From the IMG/VR virus record IMGVR_UViG_3300020473_000015: 64,000 bases of DNA, one strand, 5' to 3'. Below are positions 28,397-37,163 of the stretch, one piece after another. Position 1 is the stretch's first letter; every line of letters begins with the position of its first letter. The position numbers and the translations under genes are program-made. This DNA is from a virus. The notes beneath the pieces were generated by a model, which saw only the letters and a program-made list of their open reading frames with translations, had not been told where the DNA came from and did not search any database.

Positions 28397-29965
28397 ATGT
28401 CACGAAAATATGAGTTTGGCACAAGCCTACATCAAAAAATATTAAATGGAGCAAACATATTAGCAGACAACGTTGCTTCAACTCTCGGCCCGAGAGGCAG
28501 AAATGTTATTTTACATCACCCTGATGAAAGTCCCGTAGTTACAAAAGACGGTGTGACGGTTGCAAAGTTTGTACAACTGGAAGATCCATTTGAAAATGTG
28601 GGCGCACAGATTATCAAACAAGCAGCAGCTAAAACTAATTCTGAGGCTGGAGATGGAACAACAACATCTACTGTTCTTGCTAGAGCTATTCTAGCGCAAG
28701 CGCAAAGATATTTAATGGCTGGCTCCGCTCCAGTGGAACTTAAGCGAGGTATGGATAAAGCAGTAAAAGTTATTGTAGAAAATTTGGAAGATATGGCAAT
28801 GCCAATCAAATCAATGGACGAGGTTGCACACATTGCTACCATTTCTGCTAACAACGATAAGGTTATCGGTAAATTAATTGCAAAAGGTGTTGACTTGGCA
28901 GGTAAAGATGGTGCCATTACAATTGAAGAGGCACGCTCTGTTGACACGACCTTAGATTTGGTAGAAGGCTTTCGTTTTGATTCTGGTTATTTAGCCAGTG
29001 CTTTCGTAACAGATGAAAAAAGAGGTGTCGTTAAATATGATGAGCCAATTATTTTAGTGACGGATGAGAAGATTGATTCTGTTGATGATTTGATGCCAGC
29101 ATTAGAGATCGCAGCCAGAGAAGGAAGACCATTTATTATTGTTGCAGAAAACATTGAAGGACAAGCATTGGCAGCACTTATAATGAATGCGATGCGTGGA
29201 ACAATGCGCGTTGCAGGTATTAAAGCACCGAGATATGGAGAAGAAAGACGCAATATTCTCAAAGACTTAGCCCTTTCAATTGGCGCAACATTTATAACTC
29301 GTCAAAACAATTTAAGATTAAGAGATGTTAAATTAACACATTTTGGTCGAGCCAAAACAATTGAAAGTTCAAAGTCTTTCACTACAATTGTGGGAGGCAA
29401 AGGCGCTATAGATGATGTAGAAAAGAGAATTGATCTTCTAAAAGCGGAGATAAAAGAAACTGACAGCTTGCATGAATGTGAAAAGATTCAAGAAAGAGTT
29501 ACTAGACTTGCAAGCGGCATTGCAGTAATTCGCGTCGGAGCAGCCACTGAAGTAGAAATGATAGAAAAGAGACATAGAATTGAAGATGCTCTGGAGGCAG
29601 TAAACGCGGCACAATTAGAAGGTATAGTTCCTGGTGGTGGTGTTGCATTAATCAGGGCGTCAAGTAAATTAAAAATAGAGTCTGATAATGACGACCAAAA
29701 ACTTGGAGCAAAAATTATTTGTGAAGCAGTTAAAGAGCCACTGAGACAAATGGCTTTAAATGCTGGGTATTCTCCTGATATTCTTATCTCTCTTGTAGAG
29801 AGGGCAAAAGGGAATAAAGGGATTAATTTTAATACTGGTAAATTAGCTGATTTGGTAGAATTAGGAATAATTGATCCAGTTCGGGTAACTAGATGTGCTG
29901 TTCAAAACGCTGCATCTGTGGCCTCGACTTTAATTACAACTAATCATGCCATTATAGAAGGCTGA
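28397..29965 (+). CDS. groEL: chaperonin GroEL
   Basis: TLGPRGRNV, TKDGVTVA, AGDGTTT, GIVPGGG; no GGM tail. Confidence 0.95.
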   Translation: MSRKYEFGTSLHQKILNGANILADNVASTLGPRGRNVILHHPDESPVVTKDGVTVAKFVQLEDPFENVGAQIIKQAAAKTNSEAGDGTTTSTVLARAILAQAQRYLMAGSAPVELKRGMDKAVKVIVENLEDMAMPIKSMDEVAHIATISANNDKVIGKLIAKGVDLAGKDGAITIEEARSVDTTLDLVEGFRFDSGYLASAFVTDEKRGVVKYDEPIILVTDEKIDSVDDLMPALEIAAREGRPFIIVAENIEGQALAALIMNAMRGTMRVAGIKAPRYGEERRNILKDLALSIGATFITRQNNLRLRDVKLTHFGRAKTIESSKSFTTIVGGKGAIDDVEKRIDLLKAEIKETDSLHECEKIQERVTRLASGIAVIRVGAATEVEMIEKRHRIEDALEAVNAAQLEGIVPGGGVALIRASSKLKIESDNDDQKLGAKIICEAVKEPLRQMALNAGYSPDILISLVERAKGNKGINFNTGKLADLVELGIIDPVRVTRCAVQNAASVASTLITTNHAIIEG

Positions 29966-29966
29966 G

Positions 29967-29976
29967 ACTACTTATA
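29967..29976 (+). promoter_or_regulatory. candidate phage late-promoter motif
   Basis: ACTACTTATA upstream of 30000. Confidence 0.4.
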
Positions 29977-29999
29977 AGTGTAGACCGGAGGACAAACCA

Positions 30000-30266
30000 A
30001 TGCCTGATGATGCCGTCGCTTTTGCCGAAATGAATGGGAAATTTGATCAACTTATGCAAAAATTAGATACCGTAAAAGATAAGCAGGAAGAGATGGCCGA
30101 AGATATTGGTAAGATTAAAGAAGCGGTCTACAATCCTGATTCTGGACTTTATGCTCGCCTCAGAGAGCTTGAAAGCTGGAAAGAAACATCCTCTCGCCTC
30201 ATTTGGATTATAATCACAAGTGTTTCTGGCCTCACAATAGCTACAATTTATAAAACTTTATTTTAA
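30000..30266 (+). CDS. coiled-coil protein with C-terminal TM (holin/XhlA-like architecture)
   Basis: coiled coil followed by LIWIIITSVSGLTIA. Confidence 0.45.
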   Translation: MPDDAVAFAEMNGKFDQLMQKLDTVKDKQEEMAEDIGKIKEAVYNPDSGLYARLRELESWKETSSRLIWIIITSVSGLTIATIYKTLF

Positions 30267-30272
30267 TTTTCC

Positions 30273-30301
30273 TTGACAAATATTTTTCTGTGTTATATAA
30301 T
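30273..30301 (+). promoter_or_regulatory. sigma70-type promoter
   Basis: TTGACA-17-TATAAT. Confidence 0.75.
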
Positions 30302-30325
30302 TATTCGTAAGTAAAGGAGTAGTTT

Positions 30326-30655
30326 ATGCGTGTAAATGTAACTTACTCAGTAGAATTAGATGAAATCAAACAGATACTTCAAGAAATTCTACTGAAGGTA
30401 GAGGATGACGTTGAAAATGTCAGTAAGAATTTTTTAACAGCACAAAGCAATGTAAACAGTGAGAATCAGAATGCGGCAATTGCATCTATTGAGAAATGCC
30501 GTGAAAACCTCTCTTCAATTGACCATTCTTTATTTGATTGTTGGAATATTTTGAATGGGTATCAAAAAACATTGGTGCAAATGAAACAGCTTAAAGCTAT
30601 GGAGCAGTCCGTAGCACAAGCGGAAGGTGTTGACAATAATGTTGAAGGTGGGTGA
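30326..30655 (+). CDS. hypothetical coiled-coil protein
   Basis: GGAG SD, helical heptads. Confidence 0.65.
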   Translation: MRVNVTYSVELDEIKQILQEILLKVEDDVENVSKNFLTAQSNVNSENQNAAIASIEKCRENLSSIDHSLFDCWNILNGYQKTLVQMKQLKAMEQSVAQAEGVDNNVEGG

Positions 30656-30881
30656 TTTAGTTTACGCACCTTCAGAAGTTAGCTTATTGAAGTTTAATGA
30701 CAACATAAAGCATGATGACCTTACAAAAACATATGTGGGGCCTTCTCCAATAAAGATACTTAAACTGAAGGTGCCAACAAATCTTTTATTGACAGAGACT
30801 AATTTATTAGATAAAAAATATTTAAAAGTTCTGTATAAGGGAGATGAGTGGTATGTTAATGAAAATGATATTAAAGCATAG
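30639..30881 (+). CDS. KOW/SH3-like small protein
   Basis: MLKVGDLV..KVLYKGDEWYVNENDI. Confidence 0.6.
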   Translation: MLKVGDLVYAPSEVSLLKFNDNIKHDDLTKTYVGPSPIKILKLKVPTNLLLTETNLLDKKYLKVLYKGDEWYVNENDIKA

Positions 30882-30890
30882 GAGGATATT

Positions 30891-31166
30891 TTGGTAAAGT
30901 TAGTAGAAGTATATGAAAGTTCCAAGGGGCATATACTAAGAGAGGTTTTTGTAAACCCGAAACACGTAGTTTCTTTAAGGGAGGACGCTAGATTCTCAAA
31001 AAAACTTCAGGAGGGGCAATTGCCGCCTGAATTAAGAGATGAGCATACTTTTACAAAAGTTACAATGGACAAGGGCTCAACTGGCCTTGAGATAATTGTA
31101 GTTGGCGCACCACACATTGTGGAAAAGAAACTCAGAGGAGATCAAAGGAGCTTGTTAAATGGTTGA
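30891..31166 (+). CDS. hypothetical protein, FlbD-like
   Basis: MVKLVEV..VFVNPKHVVSLRE; TTG start after GGAGG. Confidence 0.4.
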   Translation: MVKLVEVYESSKGHILREVFVNPKHVVSLREDARFSKKLQEGQLPPELRDEHTFTKVTMDKGSTGLEIIVVGAPHIVEKKLRGDQRSLLNG

Positions 31167-31425
31167 GAAAACTAAGAAACATTTTACAGTGTATGTGAAG
31201 TCTAAATGTCCTTTCTGCGTCAAGGCGCGAGAAGCACTTTGGGAAAAAGGAGTTGACCATACAATTCACATTATGGACAACAATTCGGAAGGTTTAGATA
31301 ACTTGAAGGAGTTTTATGAGCATCCAACCGTTCCCATTATTTTTTTGGAGAAGAGTGGTAGGGAAAAACTAATTGGAGGCTATACCGACTTAAAGGCTTA
31401 TTTTGAGCAGGAAAGCGATGATTGA
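31159..31425 (+). CDS. glutaredoxin
   Basis: CPFC, TVPIIF, IGGYTDL. Confidence 0.9.
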   Translation: MVEKTKKHFTVYVKSKCPFCVKAREALWEKGVDHTIHIMDNNSEGLDNLKEFYEHPTVPIIFLEKSGREKLIGGYTDLKAYFEQESDD

Positions 31426-31849
31426 GTGCAAGCTACTTCCAGTAGTTAAAAATAGATATTTTAAAACTAACCCACCTTATAAAAAGTATGGTCATTATGC
31501 ACGGCCATATTATTCGATAAAGGGGTTACATCAAACATGCTGGATTATAATTACACACATTCTTGTGGACTACGAGCATTACGTTGAACAAGGTATGACT
31601 TTGGAAGAGATTGTGATAGAGTGTATTAAGTTTTTAAACCATAGACCCAAGAGTAGATATGGTAAAAAAAGAAAGCGCAAGTCTCTTTACGGCACGTTTC
31701 GACCAAAGCCACACTTAGTTAAAGTGCTGGATAAGGAAGACAAAAAATGCCTTCAGGTTCTATTAATAACCGAAGACAAAAAGAATCCAAATTTTTGGGG
31801 AGAAGGAGAGGTAATAAATTATTCATGTCGAAGAAAAAGAAGGACATAG
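31418..31849 (+). CDS. hypothetical protein
   Basis: basic ORF. Confidence 0.6.
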   Translation: MIECKLLPVVKNRYFKTNPPYKKYGHYARPYYSIKGLHQTCWIIITHILVDYEHYVEQGMTLEEIVIECIKFLNHRPKSRYGKKRKRKSLYGTFRPKPHLVKVLDKEDKKCLQVLLITEDKKNPNFWGEGEVINYSCRRKRRT

Positions 31850-32169
31850 TATATACTTTTGAAGAAGGAACGTGGTTGACATATCTTTATAAAATTGAGA
31901 GTGATAGAAATATTTTGGAAAACCTTCTGTTCGACCCAGAAGAAGCTCTTCCAATGTATATTAGAAGCATGCTTTGTGAATATTTTAGTTTTCTTCACAA
32001 CATGGAAGAAGTCATTCACAAAATGGCAGATGAAGAAAATTATGACAAAGGTACAAGCTGTTTTATTATTTCAGAAACTCTAGCACTTCAGTTTACTATG
32101 TACATGAAGGCGTTGGTAATTTCTAAAGAGAATATTGCTAACAATAATTATTCTATTTCTCTTCATTAG
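31825..32169 (+). CDS. hypothetical protein
   Basis: start taken at MSKKKK. Confidence 0.6.
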   Translation: MSKKKKDIVYTFEEGTWLTYLYKIESDRNILENLLFDPEEALPMYIRSMLCEYFSFLHNMEEVIHKMADEENYDKGTSCFIISETLALQFTMYMKALVISKENIANNNYSISLH

Positions 32170-32183
32170 AACCTACTTACTTT

Positions 32184-32654
32184 ATGGCAGAAATTATATA
32201 TATTTCCTTTTGGTTTCTAATGGCCTATATTTATGGAGGATTGTCTGAATGGGCACTTCATAAATATATTTTACATGGTCTTGGGAAAAGGAAAAAAAGT
32301 GTATTTTCTTTTCATTGGCATTCTCACCACAAAACGTGCAGAAAGAACGAAAACAGGGATGCAAACTATACTAAGCGTCCAATGTCAAAGCCCGTTAAGA
32401 AAGAGTTATTTTCGTTATTTTTATTGATTTGGGCGCACTCTATATTTTTATTTATTCAGCCGTATTTTTTTCTTGGCCTCGTGCTTTATGTTTGTCGTTA
32501 TTTTTATATGCACCGAAAGGCACATATTGATGTTGAGTGGGGTAAAAAGAATATTCCGTGGCACTATGATCACCACATGGGAAGAAATCAAGATGCCAAT
32601 TATGGAGTTACCGTTGAGTGGCCCGACAAACTATTTAAAACAAGGAAGAAATAA
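32184..32654 (+). CDS. fatty acid hydroxylase / sterol desaturase superfamily protein
   Basis: His boxes HKYILH, HWHSHH, HRKAH, HYDHH plus TM segments. Confidence 0.8.
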   Translation: MAEIIYISFWFLMAYIYGGLSEWALHKYILHGLGKRKKSVFSFHWHSHHKTCRKNENRDANYTKRPMSKPVKKELFSLFLLIWAHSIFLFIQPYFFLGLVLYVCRYFYMHRKAHIDVEWGKKNIPWHYDHHMGRNQDANYGVTVEWPDKLFKTRKK

Positions 32655-32657
32655 TTA

Positions 32658-32903
32658 ATGAGATTATTATTGATAGTGGTTTTTACTATATTTTCTTTGA
32701 GTGTAAGTGCCGCGCCGCCAAAGAAATCTACTAAATCTAAATTTTATGATTTTGGAGAACAAATGATCGACGGTGAAATCCGAAAGCCAACAGCACTTTA
32801 TACAGACGCACGCCAAAAAGCTCAATTCAGTCGGCTCTTGAAGCTAAAGAAATCTTTTTTACCTAAACTTTTTGCAACATCTAAAGAAAAAATCTTCAAA
32901 TAG
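32658..32903 (+). CDS. cglF: CglF/GltF-like adventurous gliding motility protein homologue
   Basis: signal peptide then YDFGEQMIDGEIRKP..ARQKAQFSRLLKLKKSF, matching the recalled CglF pattern IDFEDDTIEGDLTKP..ARK..SNLIRIREDF. Confidence 0.65.
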   Translation: MRLLLIVVFTIFSLSVSAAPPKKSTKSKFYDFGEQMIDGEIRKPTALYTDARQKAQFSRLLKLKKSFLPKLFATSKEKIFK

Positions 32904-33024
32904 AGTAGATAATTATTCTTTTTTCATCTTCCGAACATATGTATTAATAGAGGTGTGAATTTTTATTCGCACTTTCCCACAAATTATATGTTGTGAAACT
33001 TTATTTTGAAAGTTTGCTAGGGAG

Positions 33025-33720
33025 GTGCATTCTTTGTCAACTAGAATAAAAGCTAAGTATGTTTTTTTAGCCTTTGTGCCATATTTTATCTTTTATTTTT
33101 TAATTCAATCTGCCATCACGACAAGCCATTATGACCTATTAACATTTTTGGATGCTAAAGTCCCATTCATTCCTCAATTTATTTGGATATATCACACGAT
33201 CATACCAGTTACAGTAATCACGAGCTTTGTATTGTTTCAGAAAAGAGAGTTATTTTTATCTTTGACATATGCCAATTTACTTGCTGGGACGATACTTTGC
33301 TTGTTTTATATATTATTTCCATCCTTTTATCCAAGAGAAGGATTTGTTGATACTACTACTATTTCTGGTCTTTTTGTTGAGTTTACGAGAGCCATCGACG
33401 GAGCGCACAATACTTTCCCTTCAGGTCATGTTACATTTTCTTGGTTATTAACTTTTTTTGTTGGATTGTCACAAAAAGGTAGACAATGTTCAATTTTTAG
33501 GGTATTATATTTTTGTTGGGCAATTTTAATTTCAATTTCCACGCTAACTTTGAAACAACATTTTTTAATAGATGTGGTTTGCGGAATCTTATTGGCTCGC
33601 ATTATTTTTCTAATATTTAGAAATATGTTTTCGGCTAGCAGCCAGAGGAATCTAATTACTATAGATGCTGACTTCATACCCCCAAGAACTTCTACAAAAG
33701 AAGTGCCAATTGATTGTTAG
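33025..33720 (+). CDS. PAP2-superfamily membrane enzyme (IPC-synthase / AUR1-like)
   Basis: FYPR, NTFPSGH, STLTLKQHFLIDV; six TM segments. Confidence 0.8.
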   Translation: MHSLSTRIKAKYVFLAFVPYFIFYFLIQSAITTSHYDLLTFLDAKVPFIPQFIWIYHTIIPVTVITSFVLFQKRELFLSLTYANLLAGTILCLFYILFPSFYPREGFVDTTTISGLFVEFTRAIDGAHNTFPSGHVTFSWLLTFFVGLSQKGRQCSIFRVLYFCWAILISISTLTLKQHFLIDVVCGILLARIIFLIFRNMFSASSQRNLITIDADFIPPRTSTKEVPIDC

Positions 33721-34249
33721 GGACACACTAAAGGAAAAGTATGTAAATTTATTTGTTAGAAATTTCACTCTCAGAGAGGGAGAAAAAACTAGCATCTCGT
33801 GCAGTGTTGCATTTTCAAACGAGTGGGATGATATTTTTATTGAAGGCACAGGCGAAGGTGCAGTTGATGCTTTGTTCACTACTATGGTTAGTGCATTTTC
33901 TGAACAATATCGCTCACTTAGCCAAGTAGGTTTTGATGATTTTGTTATGCAAGTTAAATTTAAGACCAATGTGCGTAAGACTGCATCTCCTGTTGAGATC
34001 AAAATGGCACTGAAGAATGCACAAGGAAAAGATATATATTTTTCTTCTGAATCCAATTCAATGGTAAAGGCTACAATATCAGTTGTTGTTTCAGCTTGTG
34101 AATATCTGATAAATGCGGAGAGAGCCATTGTTCAACTGAGAGAAGATATAAAGGGAGCGCGAAAGAGACGAAGAAATGATTTGATTGAAGCCTATATGAA
34201 TCAAATGGTTGATTTAGTTAGCATTACTTCATACGAAGAAATTTCTTAA
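33665..34249 (+). CDS. stand-alone LeuA allosteric (dimerisation) domain-like protein
   Basis: GTGEGAVDALF..S.SNSMVKATISVVVSACEYL. Confidence 0.55.
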   Translation: MLTSYPQELLQKKCQLIVRDTLKEKYVNLFVRNFTLREGEKTSISCSVAFSNEWDDIFIEGTGEGAVDALFTTMVSAFSEQYRSLSQVGFDDFVMQVKFKTNVRKTASPVEIKMALKNAQGKDIYFSSESNSMVKATISVVVSACEYLINAERAIVQLREDIKGARKRRRNDLIEAYMNQMVDLVSITSYEEIS

Positions 34250-34258
34250 TTTTTTTTG

Positions 34259-34287
34259 TTGACAAATACTTTATTTTTGTGTATCAT
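34259..34287 (+). promoter_or_regulatory. sigma70-type promoter
   Basis: TTGACA-17-TATCAT. Confidence 0.65.
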
Positions 34288-34293
34288 GTGAAC

Positions 34294-34335
34294 ATGAGTA
34301 AAAATAAACCTATAATGAGTAAAAATAAACCTATA
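34294..34335 (+). repeat. perfect 21-nt tandem duplication (MSKNKPI x2)
   Basis: ATGAGTAAAAATAAACCTATA twice. Confidence 0.95.
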
Positions 34336-34620
34336 GTTTGCGCCGATGGATTTACGATGAGTGTTCAAGCGAACGCACACGCATATTGTAGCCCTCGTAT
34401 CGATAGCGCGGAAAAATATACAGAAGCTGAAGTGGGATACCCATCAGAAGAAGAGCCGTTGCTCCTGAATTGGGCTGAAAACCCTGAAAGACCGACCAAC
34501 ACGGTTTATCCCTATGTACCATCGGATCGGATAACACTTGTGTGTGCCAAACACGGCGGCATCGTCGAAGGGGATTTGCCCAGCGGTATCGCATACTTAG
34601 CCGCGTCCAATTTAAAATGA
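34294..34620 (+). CDS. conserved phage hypothetical protein
   Basis: CADGFTMSVQA..YCSPR..EVGYPS. Confidence 0.7.
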   Translation: MSKNKPIMSKNKPIVCADGFTMSVQANAHAYCSPRIDSAEKYTEAEVGYPSEEEPLLLNWAENPERPTNTVYPYVPSDRITLVCAKHGGIVEGDLPSGIAYLAASNLK

Positions 34621-34793
34621 AAGTGGGCGACCTAGTTCTAGTTGGACCAGCAAATGATGGCACACCTAGTATAATTGTAAGCATGGAGGTGAAAGGCCGC
34701 CGCTTTGCAGGTTCAGTGGTGATCTTTTGTCCTGATATTCAAGATGAGGTGGTGATGGGCAAGCAATGGCTCACAGTCATCTCTTCTGCATAG
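34617..34793 (+). CDS. KOW/SH3-like small protein
   Basis: MKVGDLV..WLTVISSA. Confidence 0.7.
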   Translation: MKVGDLVLVGPANDGTPSIIVSMEVKGRRFAGSVVIFCPDIQDEVVMGKQWLTVISSA

Positions 34794-34820
34794 TTTTTTT
34801 ATTTTTTTGTTTTTTTTCTC

Positions 34821-34849
34821 TTGACAATTTCATTCTGGTGTGAGATAAT
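34821..34849 (+). promoter_or_regulatory. early promoter (TGAGATAAT class)
   Basis: TTGACA-17-GATAAT. Confidence 0.8.
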
Positions 34850-34881
34850 TATAAAAGAACGTGGTAGGAGTAAGGAACCAA

Positions 34882-35550
34882 ATGAAACGAGAATTCATCG
34901 AACGAATTAACCAAGTGTTGAGTGTTCATTCAAAACATAGTCTACTTTCTAATTGGGAGGCTGGGTTCTGCGAATCTCTTCTTGACCAAGCAAATCGTGG
35001 TCGCAATTTTTCTGAAAAGCAGTTGTCAGTGCTCAGTCGTTGCGAGGAAAAATGCTCTTCAGAGGGAATTGAAGCCGCTGAGAATTGGGCGAGAGATTAT
35101 GCTGAAAAATATCGTGCAATTGCAATGGTTTGTGCGACCTATTATAACAAATCACAATACTTCCGCAGCTTGTCCTCTCAGGTGCTTCACGACCCTGACT
35201 TCGTACCTACTCAGAATGCGTATAAGAAGATGTGCGAAAACAAGTATGCCAAGAAGGTGTTAGCATCTGTCAACAGTGCGCCTAAATACGCCATAGGCAG
35301 CACAGTGGAGCTTCGTCAGGGCCAAACCCACAACTATATCTATGCACACTTGGCTAATGTGCCATGTCTCGTCCTAGAAACGCTCTCAGAGGTTGTCACT
35401 GCTGCAAAGGGTGGAAAGCAGTATAGAATTCTTCCATATGGGAGAGCAAACACTCTTGTTGTCGAAGAGCGACATATTAAAAACAGCAAACGTAAGAAAA
35501 AGGCTAAAAAGACAGTCTTTTCCGAGACTTCCGAGGATATTCCATTTTAA
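34882..35550 (+). CDS. hypothetical protein with C-terminal SH3-like segment
   Basis: 223-aa ORF behind promoter; PKYAIGSTV motif. Confidence 0.7.
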   Translation: MKREFIERINQVLSVHSKHSLLSNWEAGFCESLLDQANRGRNFSEKQLSVLSRCEEKCSSEGIEAAENWARDYAEKYRAIAMVCATYYNKSQYFRSLSSQVLHDPDFVPTQNAYKKMCENKYAKKVLASVNSAPKYAIGSTVELRQGQTHNYIYAHLANVPCLVLETLSEVVTAAKGGKQYRILPYGRANTLVVEERHIKNSKRKKKAKKTVFSETSEDIPF

Positions 35551-35573
35551 TTCAAAAAAAGTGAAAAAAGTTG

Positions 35574-35602
35574 TTGACATTTCAGAAAAGATGTGAGATA
35601 AT
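35574..35602 (+). promoter_or_regulatory. early promoter (TGAGATAAT class)
   Basis: TTGACA-17-GATAAT. Confidence 0.8.
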
Positions 35603-35649
35603 GTGTCCAAGATAATGAGTTGCCGGGAGGCACAAAGGAGACTTTCAGA

Positions 35650-35898
35650 ATGAGTAGTGATAATGTTGTAGACTTCGCAGACTATCAAAACCGCATTGCA
35701 ATTGCCAACCTTTCAGATGGCGTTGAAGGCTCTTTTGATGATGACCTTTCTCTTACACTATTGAGGATGTATGAGAAGGGATTGATAACAGTGGGATACA
35801 GTGAGGATGGTGAGCTTCTTTTCGAGGCTAGTCCCACCGCAAGCGAAGAAGAATGGAATGATGCGAGAGATGAATTCCTTTCTAATACGCACACTTAG
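35650..35898 (+). CDS. acidic hypothetical protein
   Basis: AAGGAG SD, MSSDNVVDFADY. Confidence 0.65.
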   Translation: MSSDNVVDFADYQNRIAIANLSDGVEGSFDDDLSLTLLRMYEKGLITVGYSEDGELLFEASPTASEEEWNDARDEFLSNTHT

Positions 35899-35928
35899 AA
35901 AAAAAGTGAAAAAAAGAGAAAAAAGTAC

Positions 35929-35957
35929 TTGACTTTTTTCTTTTCGTGTGAGATAAT
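35929..35957 (+). promoter_or_regulatory. early promoter (TGAGATAAT class)
   Basis: TTGACT-17-GATAAT with upstream A-tract. Confidence 0.8.
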
Positions 35958-35998
35958 TATATTCAGAAAGGTCGGAAAACAAAGGAGCTTAATTCGAC

Positions 35999-37081
35999 AT
36001 GGCAATTGACTTTAAAACATTTCTCTCTTGCGCCCCTCATGTAGTGGCAGTCCGAAAACCCATCCTACTTCGTGGTCGTCACGGAGTCGGCAAATCCGAG
36101 GTCGTATATCAAGTGGCCGAGAGCATGGGTCTGCCAGTAGTTGAGCGTCGTGCGTCTCAGATGACCGAAGGCGACCTGTTAGGTATGCCTTCGCCTGAGT
36201 TGGTCGAAGTTAACGGCGAACAGGCTTCTGTTTTTCGGCCTTTCTCTTGGCTCATTCAGTCCTGCACAGAGCCTGTGGTATTGTTCCTCGACGAAGTGGA
36301 CAGGGCTACAACCGAAGTCCGTCAGGGCATTTTCGAGCTAACTGATAGCCGAAAGATTGCTGGATGGACTCTACATGAGGACACCATCGTCATCGCCGCT
36401 GTAAACGGTGGTGAGCACGGTTCACAGTATCAAGTGAACGAGATGGACCCTGCGGAGTTGGACCGTTACACAGTTTTCGATGTTGAGCCTTCTGTTGAAG
36501 ACTGGCTTGATTGGGGTAAAAACAATGTTGCTGGCATTGTTTGGGACTTTATTAATCAGAACCGTCAGCACTTGGAGCATACAGACGATTATGAGCCTAA
36601 CAAGGTTTATCCCTCTCGTCGCTCTTGGAAACGACTGAACGACTGCCTTGATAAAGGTGGGTTGCTTGAAGAGGCTTCACCGCTTCTATTCAACCTTGCA
36701 ACTGGCTTTGTTGGCTTCGAGGCTGCTGTTAGTTTCAACGACTTCGTAAAGAATTACGAAAGAGTTGTTACCGTCGAAGATGTTCTTGTGGACGGCAAGA
36801 TTGACGCAACAAGCACTTTCGACATCAATGAGCATTGCGCCTTGATTGAGAAGATGGATGCAAAAGATACCTTCAAGAAGGCACTTTTGGATAATGAAGT
36901 CCAGCACTTGGCAGACTATGCCGTGACGATTCCGTCAGAGGCATTCATGAAGCTATGGCAACTAATTGGAGCAGGTGACGTGTTGGAAAACACCAAACGA
37001 CTTCACATGGCTACTGCTTCCAACGGTGTTCGCGTTTCTTCCTACATCGTTGAAATTCTCACTGGTAACAAAACTGAATAA
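35999..37081 (+). CDS. MoxR-like AAA+ ATPase
   Basis: GRHGVGKS, LFLDEVDRA, MDPAELDR, SRRSW. Confidence 0.88.
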   Translation: MAIDFKTFLSCAPHVVAVRKPILLRGRHGVGKSEVVYQVAESMGLPVVERRASQMTEGDLLGMPSPELVEVNGEQASVFRPFSWLIQSCTEPVVLFLDEVDRATTEVRQGIFELTDSRKIAGWTLHEDTIVIAAVNGGEHGSQYQVNEMDPAELDRYTVFDVEPSVEDWLDWGKNNVAGIVWDFINQNRQHLEHTDDYEPNKVYPSRRSWKRLNDCLDKGGLLEEASPLLFNLATGFVGFEAAVSFNDFVKNYERVVTVEDVLVDGKIDATSTFDINEHCALIEKMDAKDTFKKALLDNEVQHLADYAVTIPSEAFMKLWQLIGAGDVLENTKRLHMATASNGVRVSSYIVEILTGNKTE

Positions 37082-37087
37082 ACTAAA

Positions 37088-37126
37088 AAGCCCCACCAAA
37101 AAAAGTTGGTGGGGTTTCACTTTTTT
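37088..37126 (+). terminator. rho-independent terminator
   Basis: CCCCACCA-8 nt-TGGTGGGG followed by T-rich tract. Confidence 0.75.
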
Positions 37127-37128
37127 CC

Positions 37129-37157
37129 TTGACAAATCATCACTTCTGTGAGATAAT
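37129..37157 (+). promoter_or_regulatory. early promoter (TGAGATAAT class)
   Basis: TTGACA-17-GATAAT. Confidence 0.8.
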
Positions 37158-37163
37158 GTATAC

